A stretch of 63,761 nt of DNA from an uncultured Bdellovibrionales bacterium (GTDB lineage Bacteria > Patescibacteriota > Minisyncoccia > Moranbacterales > GWC2-37-73): NCBI GenBank assembly GCA_964500125.1, contig CAZCMV010000005.1, positions 1-63,761 of the forward strand, given 5' to 3'. The position numbers and the translations under genes are program-made. The notes beneath the pieces were generated by a model. The model had not been told where the DNA came from and did not search any database. It worked only from the letters and a program-made list of their open reading frames with translations. This document shows, in pieces, positions 27,681 through 36,168 of this stretch (within the stretch, counting starts at the first letter, position 1; each line of letters begins with the position of its first letter).

Positions 27681-27752
27681 TTGGGGAAGAGGGATTCGAA
27701 CCCCCGCATGTCGGGACCAGAACCCGATGCCTTACCGCTTGGCTATTCCCCA
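27681..27752 (-). tRNA. tRNA-Gln (anticodon CTG)
   Basis: Reverse complement: TGGGGAATAGCCAAGCGGTAAGGCATCGGGTTCTGGTCCCGACATGCGGGGGTTCGAATCCCTCTTCCCCAA. The cloverleaf folds, and the anticodon loop is TTCTGGT. Confidence 0.9.
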
Positions 27753-27902
27753 TCGACACAACACTGTGGATAATAGCACATTTAGAGCAAAAATCAATAG
27801 GGCTGCATACACCTGCCCTCCCAGATTTTTAAGGCAAATTAAAAAATCTATTGATTTCAAAAATTGGAATAAATTGTACAAAATGAAGCTTTTTTGCCAA
27901 AA

Positions 27903-28646
27903 CTAAATATTTTTAGGCGTAAATGGAATTAATATCTTTCTAGGTTTTTCTTCTGAATTTCCAATATTCGCTCTTTTGAGAGAAAAAATAAATTTGCCAG
28001 AAAACAATCCTGGCCAACATCTTAATAAAAATTTCCGAAAAAATTCAGGAGAAAAGCGAACAGGAACAATACCCGCGCCCATAAAATTAAATTGCATCTT
28101 CTCCACACGTAAATCAAAAATATCAAACATTTCCAACAACTCAGATAAAGCAAAAAAACGGATGTGGGAAAAATTCCATGCTTTTTCCTTGTGTTTTAGA
28201 TTATCCCAATGAACTATTCCCTTTCCTAAAAACATCCTGAACCGCTGACGTAGATCAAAATGATTTGGCACACCCAAAAGAAAAATTCCATCTTCCTTTA
28301 ATGCCAAATTCACCTGATTAAAGAGATGTTCCTGGTCATAAAGATGCTCAGCAACATCCATACACACAACCATATCAAAATATTGATGATGTACTTTCCA
28401 GTCAAAATTGAGATCTTGTTTAATATTCCTAAAAAAACTCTCTTTATCAACTGTCGGATTGATATCTATACCCGTAACTTCATGTCCCAATTTAACCAAA
28501 AAATCATCAAGTTTGCCATTTCCACAACCAACATCCAAGATTTTCAATTTAGCTCCATGTTCAAAATCATATAACCGCCTTATTTTTTCATAGCTGCTTT
28601 CCTGTGAAAATGTTGCTCTTTTTTCGTGGTATTCAACTTCATTCAT
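27903..28646 (-). CDS. Class I SAM-dependent methyltransferase (small-molecule/glycan type)
   Basis: 247 aa. Motif I is ILDVGCGNGKL. No DPPY/NPPY-type DNA methyltransferase motif was seen. Confidence 0.8.
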   Translation of the reverse strand: MNEVEYHEKRATFSQESSYEKIRRLYDFEHGAKLKILDVGCGNGKLDDFLVKLGHEVTGIDINPTVDKESFFRNIKQDLNFDWKVHHQYFDMVVCMDVAEHLYDQEHLFNQVNLALKEDGIFLLGVPNHFDLRQRFRMFLGKGIVHWDNLKHKEKAWNFSHIRFFALSELLEMFDIFDLRVEKMQFNFMGAGIVPVRFSPEFFRKFLLRCWPGLFSGKFIFSLKRANIGNSEEKPRKILIPFTPKNI

Positions 28647-28789
28647 GACTTAAATATAACATAAAATTAGTTACAGTCTATTAATTTGATTTTTTGCATC
28701 TAAATTTTCCCTTGAATATCTACCCTACCTTAAACAAAATCAGTAATCAATTAATTGCATTCAAACAAAGAAAATGTTACAACTATCAT

Positions 28790-29824
28790 ATGAAATACCA
28801 GCTTTATACAACCTCAATTAGGGCTTGGGATGCAATGCTTGCAGCAATCAAGAAGGCCCAGGAATCAATATGCATTGAGATGTATATTTTTTTGGACGAT
28901 ACAGGTCTGGAACATGATTTTATTGGCGCCCTAACTCAAAAATCACTTGAAGGAGTCCGGGTGACAATCGTAGCTGACGCTTTCGGCAGCAAAAACCTGC
29001 GCAAGAAAACGATCAAAAAATTAAGAGAGGCAGGAGTAGAAATAATTTTCTTCAGCCATTGGCTACGACACATTCATCGAAAAATTTTGATTATCGATGA
29101 AAAAATCTCTTTTATCGGCGGTGTCAATATTGGCAAACACTTCACCACCTGGGATGATTTGCAATTAAAGCTTGGCGCCACACTGTCACGCAATTTGATG
29201 CGCTCTTTCGCCTACACCTATGCCATGGCTGGCGGCAAAAATGAACTTATTCTAGCATATCGAGAAAAGATGTTTGGACAAAAATTCCAAAACTGGTTAA
29301 TTGAACATTGGCCTATTCGAAATATATACACTTTGCGTAACCTATATATGGAAAATATCAGCAAGGCCGAGAAAAATATCCGCATGGTCACACCATACTT
29401 CACTCCGCCACGCTGGTTGATTTCTCTTTTAGATAGTGCCGCAGGACGTGGCATAAATGTGGAAATTATCATTCCCAAAAAAGTTGACTGGCGTATCATG
29501 AATCGCGTCAATTATAAATATATGCACGATTTGCACAAATTTGGCGTACATTTCTACCTTTCTGAGAAAATGAACCATTCTAAATTATTGATCATTGACG
29601 ATTCGCACGGCATTGTCGGCTCACAAAATCTTGACCACCTCTCCTTCAGTCTAAACAATGAACTTGGCCTGTTTTTTAAAAACAAAAAATTACTTTCAGA
29701 ACTATCCGATACCTTTGAAAACTGGAAAAAAGATTCCAAACAGTTTATGCCTGAACACTTCAAAAAAAATTGGATAGATTGGGCCGTATTTATTGTCATA
29801 AAAATTCTCCGTCCAATCCTATAA
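28790..29824 (+). CDS. Phospholipase D superfamily protein with two HKD motifs (cardiolipin-synthase-like)
   Basis: Contains HRKILIIDEKISFIGGVNIG and HSKLLIIDDSHGIVGSQNLD. The track start at 28694 is TTG; ATG 28790 (MKYQLYTTS) is preferred. Confidence 0.85.
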   Translation: MKYQLYTTSIRAWDAMLAAIKKAQESICIEMYIFLDDTGLEHDFIGALTQKSLEGVRVTIVADAFGSKNLRKKTIKKLREAGVEIIFFSHWLRHIHRKILIIDEKISFIGGVNIGKHFTTWDDLQLKLGATLSRNLMRSFAYTYAMAGGKNELILAYREKMFGQKFQNWLIEHWPIRNIYTLRNLYMENISKAEKNIRMVTPYFTPPRWLISLLDSAAGRGINVEIIIPKKVDWRIMNRVNYKYMHDLHKFGVHFYLSEKMNHSKLLIIDDSHGIVGSQNLDHLSFSLNNELGLFFKNKKLLSELSDTFENWKKDSKQFMPEHFKKNWIDWAVFIVIKILRPIL

Positions 29825-29840
29825 TCATTATAAAAAAATC

Positions 29841-31079
29841 ATGCCGAAAATCCAAATCACCGCTCGCGGAATCAGGGCCGCTCTCAAGAAATTCTCACCG
29901 TATCAATCAATCGCCGAATATATTTGGAATGGCTTTGACGCCAACGCTTCTGAAATAAAAATAGACTTCTTTGCTGATGAAATCGGCAACATCACATCTT
30001 TCTCCATAGCTGACAACGGCTATGGTATTGAACATGCTAAATTACAAGAAAAATTCGAGCCAATGTTTGAATCCAAGAAAGCATTAGAAAACAAACTGAA
30101 ACAACATCTTAGTGCCTTGCATGGTAAAAATGGTATTGGCAGGCTAACTTTTTTTGTATTTGCTCGCAATGCAGTTTGGCAAACTACCTACGCCAAAGGA
30201 GAAAACAATGAGATCTATGAGATCTTCGCCAATGCTGAAAATATTAACTTTTATACCGGCCTTAATACTACTCCTAAAATCACAAATAAACCAATGGGTA
30301 CAAAGGTAACTTTTTCCGGTATCCATTCTCTTACTGGATTTCAATTGAATGAAAAATTTGAAGAATTTTTATGCAAAGAGTTCGCTTGGTTCCTTAAATT
30401 GAATGAATATCGCGAATTCTCCATAATCATTAATGGCAAAAAATTGGATTATAGCGCATCCATAGCCGATACCGAAGATTTTCAACTTGTTCATGAAAAA
30501 ACAAATACTATTTTCGACATTACTTATGTGCGTTGGCATGAAAGAAATAGCAAAGAGACATCAAAATATTATTACATTGACTCTACTGGTCATGAAAAAT
30601 GGAAGGAGGCAAGTTCGGCAAAAAATAGAAGTGAATCGTTTCATCACAGCGTTTTTATCCGCAGTTCATATTTCGATTCTTTTTCTTTTCAAAGCAACCC
30701 TGCCTTAGGACAAGAATCAATCATTGGCGGCACTAGAGCAGACACTCAATTTCGTTTCATGCGTCGAAAAATATCTAACTTTCTGCGCATCAAACGCCGC
30801 CCATTTCTCAAAGATTTCGCCCAAAAAATGGTGGAGGAATATCGTGCTCAAGGCATTTTATCCACCGACAATAGTTTATTAGATCAGACAATTCGCACAT
30901 TATATGAAATGCAACCTCGTTTTTTCCTAGGCCTTAAAAGCGAGCAACAAAGACTTCTGATTAATTTACTAGACCATCTGTTAAACAGCACTCACAAAGA
31001 ATTTCTTCCTAGTATGATAGGAAATATTGTCGACCTTAGCAATGAGGAGCACGAAGAGCTAAAAAAATTATTGGCCTAA
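29841..31079 (+). CDS. GHKL (Bergerat-fold, HATPase_c_3/MORC-like) ATPase with an uncharacterised helical C-terminal domain
   Basis: 412 aa. N-box SIAEYIWNGFDANASEI, G1 box SIADNGYGI and G2-like GKNGIGRL. It starts 16 nt after the PLD gene. Confidence 0.7.
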   Translation: MPKIQITARGIRAALKKFSPYQSIAEYIWNGFDANASEIKIDFFADEIGNITSFSIADNGYGIEHAKLQEKFEPMFESKKALENKLKQHLSALHGKNGIGRLTFFVFARNAVWQTTYAKGENNEIYEIFANAENINFYTGLNTTPKITNKPMGTKVTFSGIHSLTGFQLNEKFEEFLCKEFAWFLKLNEYREFSIIINGKKLDYSASIADTEDFQLVHEKTNTIFDITYVRWHERNSKETSKYYYIDSTGHEKWKEASSAKNRSESFHHSVFIRSSYFDSFSFQSNPALGQESIIGGTRADTQFRFMRRKISNFLRIKRRPFLKDFAQKMVEEYRAQGILSTDNSLLDQTIRTLYEMQPRFFLGLKSEQQRLLINLLDHLLNSTHKEFLPSMIGNIVDLSNEEHEELKKLLA

Positions 31080-31154
31080 TATTTGCAATTTTATATAAAC
31101 ACAAAATGGATGTCAGCCAATTGGCTGACATCCATTGTCTTTTTCAAGTGCTCT

Positions 31155-32081
31155 TTATATCTTCAAATATCTCCTAATTGCAATAAAACTACTAACCACA
31201 CCCAAAATTATGCCAGATATTAGCAATATGAATAAAATAAACCAAAAATGTGAAGTATAATAACCAAGTAAATCCCCTTGAGGAATACTACCGCGAGTGA
31301 GAGGAGCAATAAATTTTGTTGTCGCCAAAAGCAAAATCATGACAGCAAAAGCCGAGGAAACGCCATAAAAAATACCCTCAAAAACAAAAGGCATGCGGAT
31401 ATACAGGTTTGAAGCCCCCACTAAACGCATAATTTCAAATTCCTGCTTGTGAGAATACATTGTAAGACGAATGGCATTAAAAGTAATCAAAACACCTATG
31501 AAAACAAATACCAATCCCATAGTTAACCCAACCTGTTCAACCAACTTTATTATTTTAGACAAACGCTCAATCGCAACCCTGTTTTCCTGATAATTTATAC
31601 GATCTATATTTTCAGCCAAACTGGAATTTTTGATTGACTGCACTATTAACTCATATTTGTCAGGATTATTTGCCTTTATCACCAATGATGAAAGAAGCGG
31701 GTTTGTGCCAATCTCTTCCAAAGCTTGTTTGATAGATTCATCAGCATCCCCCATTTTTGTAAATTCATCCAGTGCTTGGTCTTTGGAAACATAATCAATA
31801 TATTTTATCTCTGCAAATTCCAAGAGCTTGCCACGTACATCCAGAATTGTTTGTTCGGAGACGCTGGGATTAAAATATATGCTAACATTTATTTTGTCCT
31901 GAATATTTTGCAAAACCATATTTGCCGCCAATCCTAAAATAACAGTAACACTTATGATATAAAGGGATATCGACAATACGCTAACGGTGGCAAAACTCAG
32001 CCAACCATTACGACCAAAATTAGAGAGTCCCTCTTTGAAAGTTCTGCCGAGTTTTAATAATTTTGTTTTAAAATCATCCAT
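31155..32081 (-). CDS. ftsX: Cell-division ABC transporter permease FtsX
   Basis: 308 aa with 4 TM helices and a large first periplasmic loop. It lies directly downstream of ftsE. Confidence 0.9.
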   Translation of the reverse strand: MDDFKTKLLKLGRTFKEGLSNFGRNGWLSFATVSVLSISLYIISVTVILGLAANMVLQNIQDKINVSIYFNPSVSEQTILDVRGKLLEFAEIKYIDYVSKDQALDEFTKMGDADESIKQALEEIGTNPLLSSLVIKANNPDKYELIVQSIKNSSLAENIDRINYQENRVAIERLSKIIKLVEQVGLTMGLVFVFIGVLITFNAIRLTMYSHKQEFEIMRLVGASNLYIRMPFVFEGIFYGVSSAFAVMILLLATTKFIAPLTRGSIPQGDLLGYYTSHFWFILFILLISGIILGVVSSFIAIRRYLKI

Positions 32082-32148
32082 CTTTTATAATAATTTACTG
32101 TTTTTGGTTAAAAAATTTTGCAATAATTTTATTATTTGAGACAATCCT

Positions 32149-32829
32149 CTAAATAGAATATTTCCCCTTTGCATGGTCACGAATAACCTTTCCCCTATCC
32201 ATAGCAATAACACGACGATTCACTTTGTCTACGATATCTTTATTATGAGTCGCCAACAAAATGGTTGTGCCGAAACTGTTAATTTTAAGAAGCAATTGTA
32301 CTATTTCCCAAGTGGAAATCGGGTCAAGATTTCCCGTCGGCTCATCTGCAATAATAACTTGAGGTCTATGCACAAGTGCACGAGCAAGTGAAACTTTTTG
32401 CTGTTCACCTCCGGAAAGCTGGCGCGGATATTTTTCCATTTTATTACCCATGCCCACAATATCCAAAATTTCCGGCACACGTTCTTCAATTTCATCAGCT
32501 GGTTCACCAACAACTTCCAAAGCATACGCAACATTCTCAAAAGCTGTCTTTTGCGGTAATAATTTAAAATCTTGAAAAACCGTACCAATGTTACGGCGAT
32601 AATAAGGTAAGTGTTTGCGCTTGATCGTGGCTAAATCTCTTCCTTCAAAATATACGTGTCCAGAAGTCGGATGCTCTTCCGCATATATCATTTTAAGGAA
32701 AGTTGATTTTCCAGCGCCAGATTGCCCCACAATTGAAACAAATTCTCCTGATCCAATAACTAAATCAACGTTTTCTAATGCCACAAAATCACCGGGGTAT
32801 ATTTTGGAAACTTTATCAAACTGTATCAT
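32149..32829 (-). CDS. ftsE: Cell-division ATP-binding protein FtsE
   Basis: Walker A GQSGAGKST, signature LSGGEQQ and Walker B VIIADEPT. The ATG at 32829 is preferred over the TTG at 32844. Confidence 0.9.
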   Translation of the reverse strand: MIQFDKVSKIYPGDFVALENVDLVIGSGEFVSIVGQSGAGKSTFLKMIYAEEHPTSGHVYFEGRDLATIKRKHLPYYRRNIGTVFQDFKLLPQKTAFENVAYALEVVGEPADEIEERVPEILDIVGMGNKMEKYPRQLSGGEQQKVSLARALVHRPQVIIADEPTGNLDPISTWEIVQLLLKINSFGTTILLATHNKDIVDKVNRRVIAMDRGKVIRDHAKGKYSI

Positions 32830-32976
32830 AAACTTATAATGCAAAATGCAAAATGATCAAATTGAGCATTTAATAATAATTTTACATTTTGCATTGACAT
32901 TTTGATTTTTGATTTTTGCATTTTGATTTTATATAAACACAAATCAAAATATTACTTTCTTGATTATAGCACAAGA

Positions 32977-34084
32977 CTACACATCTGGCGAATTGCCAGC
33001 TTTCCATTTGAGATAACTTTCCATGAACTCGTTCAACTCTCCTTCCAAAACTTTTTCTGCATCACTGGTTTCATGTTTGGTACGATGATCCTTAACCATT
33101 TTGTAGGGATGAATCACATATGATCTGATCTGACTGCCCCACTCCGCGCTCTGAAACTCCCCACGCAATTTTTTCTGCTCTTCCTCTTTTTCTTCCAAAT
33201 ATTTCTGATGTAAACGCGCTTTAAGTACTTTCATCGCGCGTTCCCTGTTTTGTGTTTGTGATCTTTCACTCTGACAGGTCACCACAATGCCGGTCGGCAT
33301 GTGGGTAATACGCACTGCGCTGTCTGTCGTGTTCACATGTTGCCCTCCAGCACCAGAAGCACGATAGGTATCAATCTTGAGATCTTTGGCTTCGATCGTG
33401 ACATTCGCTATTTCCCCGATAACCGGCAATATTTCCACTAATGCAAAAGAAGTCTGTCGGAGATTGTCGGAATTGAATGGCGAAAGACGCACCAAGCGAT
33501 GCACGCCGGCTTCACTTTTCAAATATCCATAAGCATACGCTCCGCTTATTTCCACAGTCACGCTTTTAATGCCGGCTTCTGTGCCGCGCGATTCATCCAC
33601 AATCTGAGTTGCAAAACCATTTCTTTCCGTCCAACGCAAATACATGCGCAAAAGCATCTCGGCCCAATCTTGCGCGTCAACTCCGCCAGCTCCGGCATGG
33701 ATAGCCATAATCACATCATTTCTATCATATTCACCGCCAAGAAGTGCATAAAATTCCAATCCTTCCAAATCTTTTTCAATCTCAATTATCTGATTTTCAA
33801 TATCCGCCAATTCTTCATCTGTAAAATTATCTATCAAATCGCAAAGTTCAGTTGCATCTGTTATTCTTTTTTCTACATCCTCCACTTTTCCCACTTCATT
33901 TTTGAGCCACTCCAATTCCTTGAGAATTATCGCAGCGGCTTGTGCATCATCCCAAAAATTATTCTCTTGGCTTTTGTCAGTCAATTCTGCAATTTTTTGC
34001 TTCTTTTGGGGGACGTCAAAGATAGTCCCGCAGATGCGGGATTTTAGCGCGAAGTTCTTCTAATTTTTGCCTTATTTCTTTCAT
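32977..34084 (-). CDS. prfB: Peptide chain release factor 2, requires a programmed +1 frameshift
   Basis: ORF0 ATG 34084 encodes MKEIRQKLEELRAKIPHLRDYL then TGA. The +1 frame continues DVPQKKQKIAELTDKSQ... into the 335-aa track ORF, which carries GGQHVNTTDSAVR (GGQ) and SPF. Confidence 0.9.
34015..34021 (-). promoter_or_regulatory. prfB: prfB +1 frameshift site CTT TGA C
   Basis: Minus-strand sequence CGGGACTATCTTTGAC. The in-frame TGA lies at 34018-34016. Confidence 0.85.
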
Positions 34085-34154
34085 AAATGAGATTCCAATA
34101 TACCAATAAGCACTCTGATTTCGAGTCATTCGAGTGACCAACGGGAGTCACTTT

Positions 34155-34901
34155 TTATTCTAAAAAAAGTAACATATACATTATAGCCATACCAGCGACA
34201 ATGCTGCAAGTTTGAATCAGTGATGATTTGAGGGTTTGAATTTTGTGCCGGTGAAGTTCCGGAATAATATCAGCCGCTGCGATATAGAGAAAGCCTCCTA
34301 CAGCAAAAGGAACCAAAAAAGTTTCCAGTCCTGCCACCTTTGAACTTATCGCTAGTATAATAAAAGCGCCGAGCACTGCCATAAGGGCACTTAAAAAATT
34401 ATAAAGAAGTGCTTTAGCTTTGCTCAGTCCCCCATAAATCAACGAACCAAAATCTCCAATCTCTTGGGGAATTTCATGCAGAATCACTGCTATGGTTGTT
34501 GCTATACCCACAGGAATACTAACCATAAAACTTGCCGCTATGATCATGCCATCAATGAAATTATGCAGTCCGTCGCCAAAAAGTATAACGTACGGCAAAA
34601 CATGGGAATGCTCTGGACAACCCGCTTCATGGCAATGTCTCCACTTGATGATTTTTTCCAATATGAAAAAGAAAACTATTCCCAAAAGGACACAAATGGA
34701 AGCAGTAACACTTCCGGAAGAATATGCTTCTGGAAGCAAATGAATCAGCGCATCGCCTAAAAGCGTTCCTGCCGCAAAACTTACCAAAACAAGAATGATT
34801 TTATTTAAAATCTTATCATTCATCGCCAGCGTAAAAACTCCAACTAGAGAAATCAGACTCACAATAAACACACTTATTAAAGTATAGAGCCAAATGTTCA
34901 T
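34155..34901 (-). CDS. ZIP-family divalent metal transporter (ZupT-like)
   Basis: 248 aa with 8 TM helices. Contains HNFIDGM and HEIPQEIGDF. Confidence 0.85.
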   Translation of the reverse strand: MNIWLYTLISVFIVSLISLVGVFTLAMNDKILNKIILVLVSFAAGTLLGDALIHLLPEAYSSGSVTASICVLLGIVFFFILEKIIKWRHCHEAGCPEHSHVLPYVILFGDGLHNFIDGMIIAASFMVSIPVGIATTIAVILHEIPQEIGDFGSLIYGGLSKAKALLYNFLSALMAVLGAFIILAISSKVAGLETFLVPFAVGGFLYIAAADIIPELHRHKIQTLKSSLIQTCSIVAGMAIMYMLLFLE

Positions 34902-34905
34902 TATC

Positions 34906-34940
34906 AGTATTTAGTATTTAGTATTTAGTATTTAGTATTT
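34906..34940. repeat. Tandem heptamer (AGTATTT) x5
   Basis: Five perfect head-to-tail copies lie immediately upstream of the zupT-like start. Related TAAATAC/TAGATAC words follow up to 34989. Confidence 0.9.
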
Positions 34941-34989
34941 AGTATTTTGGTATTCATACTAGATACCAAATACCATATACGAAATACTT

Positions 34990-35508
34990 CTATAGGTATT
35001 TTTTTATAAGTTCAATATGATCTTTTTCAGCCTGATTTAAGGCCGTAAACATAATCTTCACGTGTCTTTCCGTTGTTTGCTTGGCAAAATCAGCATAGAG
35101 ACCGGAAGCATGTTCTTCCAGTTCAATGGTTTTTTGGAAATTTTCAACGTCTTCATCGGAACAAAGTTCAGTGCCGATTGGTGGCATTTCGATTCCCAAA
35201 AGCTTGGTGCAAATCACGGCATGTTCCAGCTCAACTTTCGCCAAACGCTTGTACATTTTGTTAATTTCATATGAAAGAGCCTTTCCCGCCATGCATGTAT
35301 AGATTGCATTAGCACGCATTTCCAAATCCAACGTTTCTTGAAGATTTTTGACGGTTTGTTCATTCAATTCTTCTTTGATGTTAACCACAGGATTGGCTTC
35401 GCTGCCAAGCTTAATAAACGCTCCGCGCGCACCACAAAATGGACACTCGCTTGGCTTATCAGTTCCCAAATAAGCATCTCCGCAAATTTCACAAATAAAA
35501 GTCTTCAT
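34990..35508 (-). CDS. Rubrerythrin-family protein (N-terminal rubredoxin-like Cys4 plus ferritin-like domain)
   Basis: 172 aa. Contains CEICG..CPFCG, then helices with paired E..E..H-type ligands (LEMRA, VELEHA, ELEEHA). Confidence 0.8.
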   Translation of the reverse strand: MKTFICEICGDAYLGTDKPSECPFCGARGAFIKLGSEANPVVNIKEELNEQTVKNLQETLDLEMRANAIYTCMAGKALSYEINKMYKRLAKVELEHAVICTKLLGIEMPPIGTELCSDEDVENFQKTIELEEHASGLYADFAKQTTERHVKIMFTALNQAEKDHIELIKKYL

Positions 35509-35651
35509 TGCAATTATGTATTATGTATTTAGTAGAATGTATTATGCGTGTATAAATACATTATAGAATATGTTTCAATAAAAGAAAACGGCGCCTTGAG
35601 CGCCATACGTAATACTTTTATATATGATACTTTATACAAAATCCGAAGTTA

Positions 35652-35668
35652 AGCCGTCTATCGGGATT
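35652..35668 (-). repeat. 17-nt direct duplicate of the tRNA-Thr 3' end
   Basis: AGCCGTCTATCGGGATT (plus strand) is identical to 35777..35793 inside tRNA-Thr. The flanking bases differ on both sides. Confidence 0.85.
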
Positions 35669-35776
35669 TCACGTCGCTGTCGCTCCTTGAAAACCCACGG
35701 TTTTCAATCTTTCCTCCAGCGGGAAACTCCCGTTTCCCGACCCCTTCCCGTTCAATCTTGCTGGAGAATTATTATG

Positions 35777-35849
35777 AGCCGTCTATCGGGATTGAACCGA
35801 TGACCTACGCGTTACGAGTGCGTCGCTCTACCAACTGAGCTAAGACGGC
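35777..35849 (-). tRNA. tRNA-Thr (anticodon CGT)
   Basis: Reverse complement: GCCGTCTTAGCTCAGTTGGTAGAGCGACGCACTCGTAACGCGTAGGTCATCGGTTCAATCCCGATAGACGGCT. The cloverleaf folds, and the anticodon loop is CTCGTAA. Confidence 0.9.
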
Positions 35850-35867
35850 AAAATTTACTATCGTATT

Positions 35868-36113
35868 TTAGCTCAAATTAGCCTTTTTGACAATAGTACT
35901 CAGATACCTAAACCTGGGCTTTTTTGCGCCATCAATTTCGACTTCTTCCATAAACATCTCCAACGGTCGAATCCAAATATCCCTGTCCCCATAAAGCGCG
36001 CGATACACTACAAATTCTTCCAATGTTTCACTGTGTTTTCCCACGCCAAAAACCTCATACCGCTTACCTCTATAATGCTCGTAAAATCCTAACTTCAAAG
36101 AATCTTTTTTCAT
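35868..36113 (-). CDS. DUF1653-like small protein
   Basis: 81 aa. The pattern YEHYRGKRYEV..HSETLEEFVVYRALYGDRDIWIRPLEMF matches my recollection of DUF1653. Confidence 0.65.
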   Translation of the reverse strand: MKKDSLKLGFYEHYRGKRYEVFGVGKHSETLEEFVVYRALYGDRDIWIRPLEMFMEEVEIDGAKKPRFRYLSTIVKKANLS

Positions 36114-36123
36114 ATGTATCCCA

Positions 36124-36168
36124 TACTAAATACCAGATACTAAATACTAGATACTAAATACTAGATAC
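36124..36168. repeat. Tandem 14-mer (TACTAAATACYAGA) x3
   Basis: Three head-to-tail copies span the porB stop codon and the region upstream of the DUF1653 gene. Confidence 0.85.

Noticed and set aside
27903-28646. DNA methyltransferase of a restriction-modification system next to the PLD/GHKL pair.
   Set aside because: It has a typical small-molecule class I SAM methyltransferase motif I. No (D/N/S)PP(Y/F) catalytic motif, target-recognition domain or partner endonuclease is present. It cannot be excluded as part of the islet, but it does not look like an R-M methylase.
34906-36168. Possible CRISPR array, suggested by regularly repeated short units (AGTATTT x5; 14-mer x3).
   Set aside because: The units are 7-14 nt and directly abutting, with no unique spacers. 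No cas genes are in the window. These are microsatellite-like word repeats.
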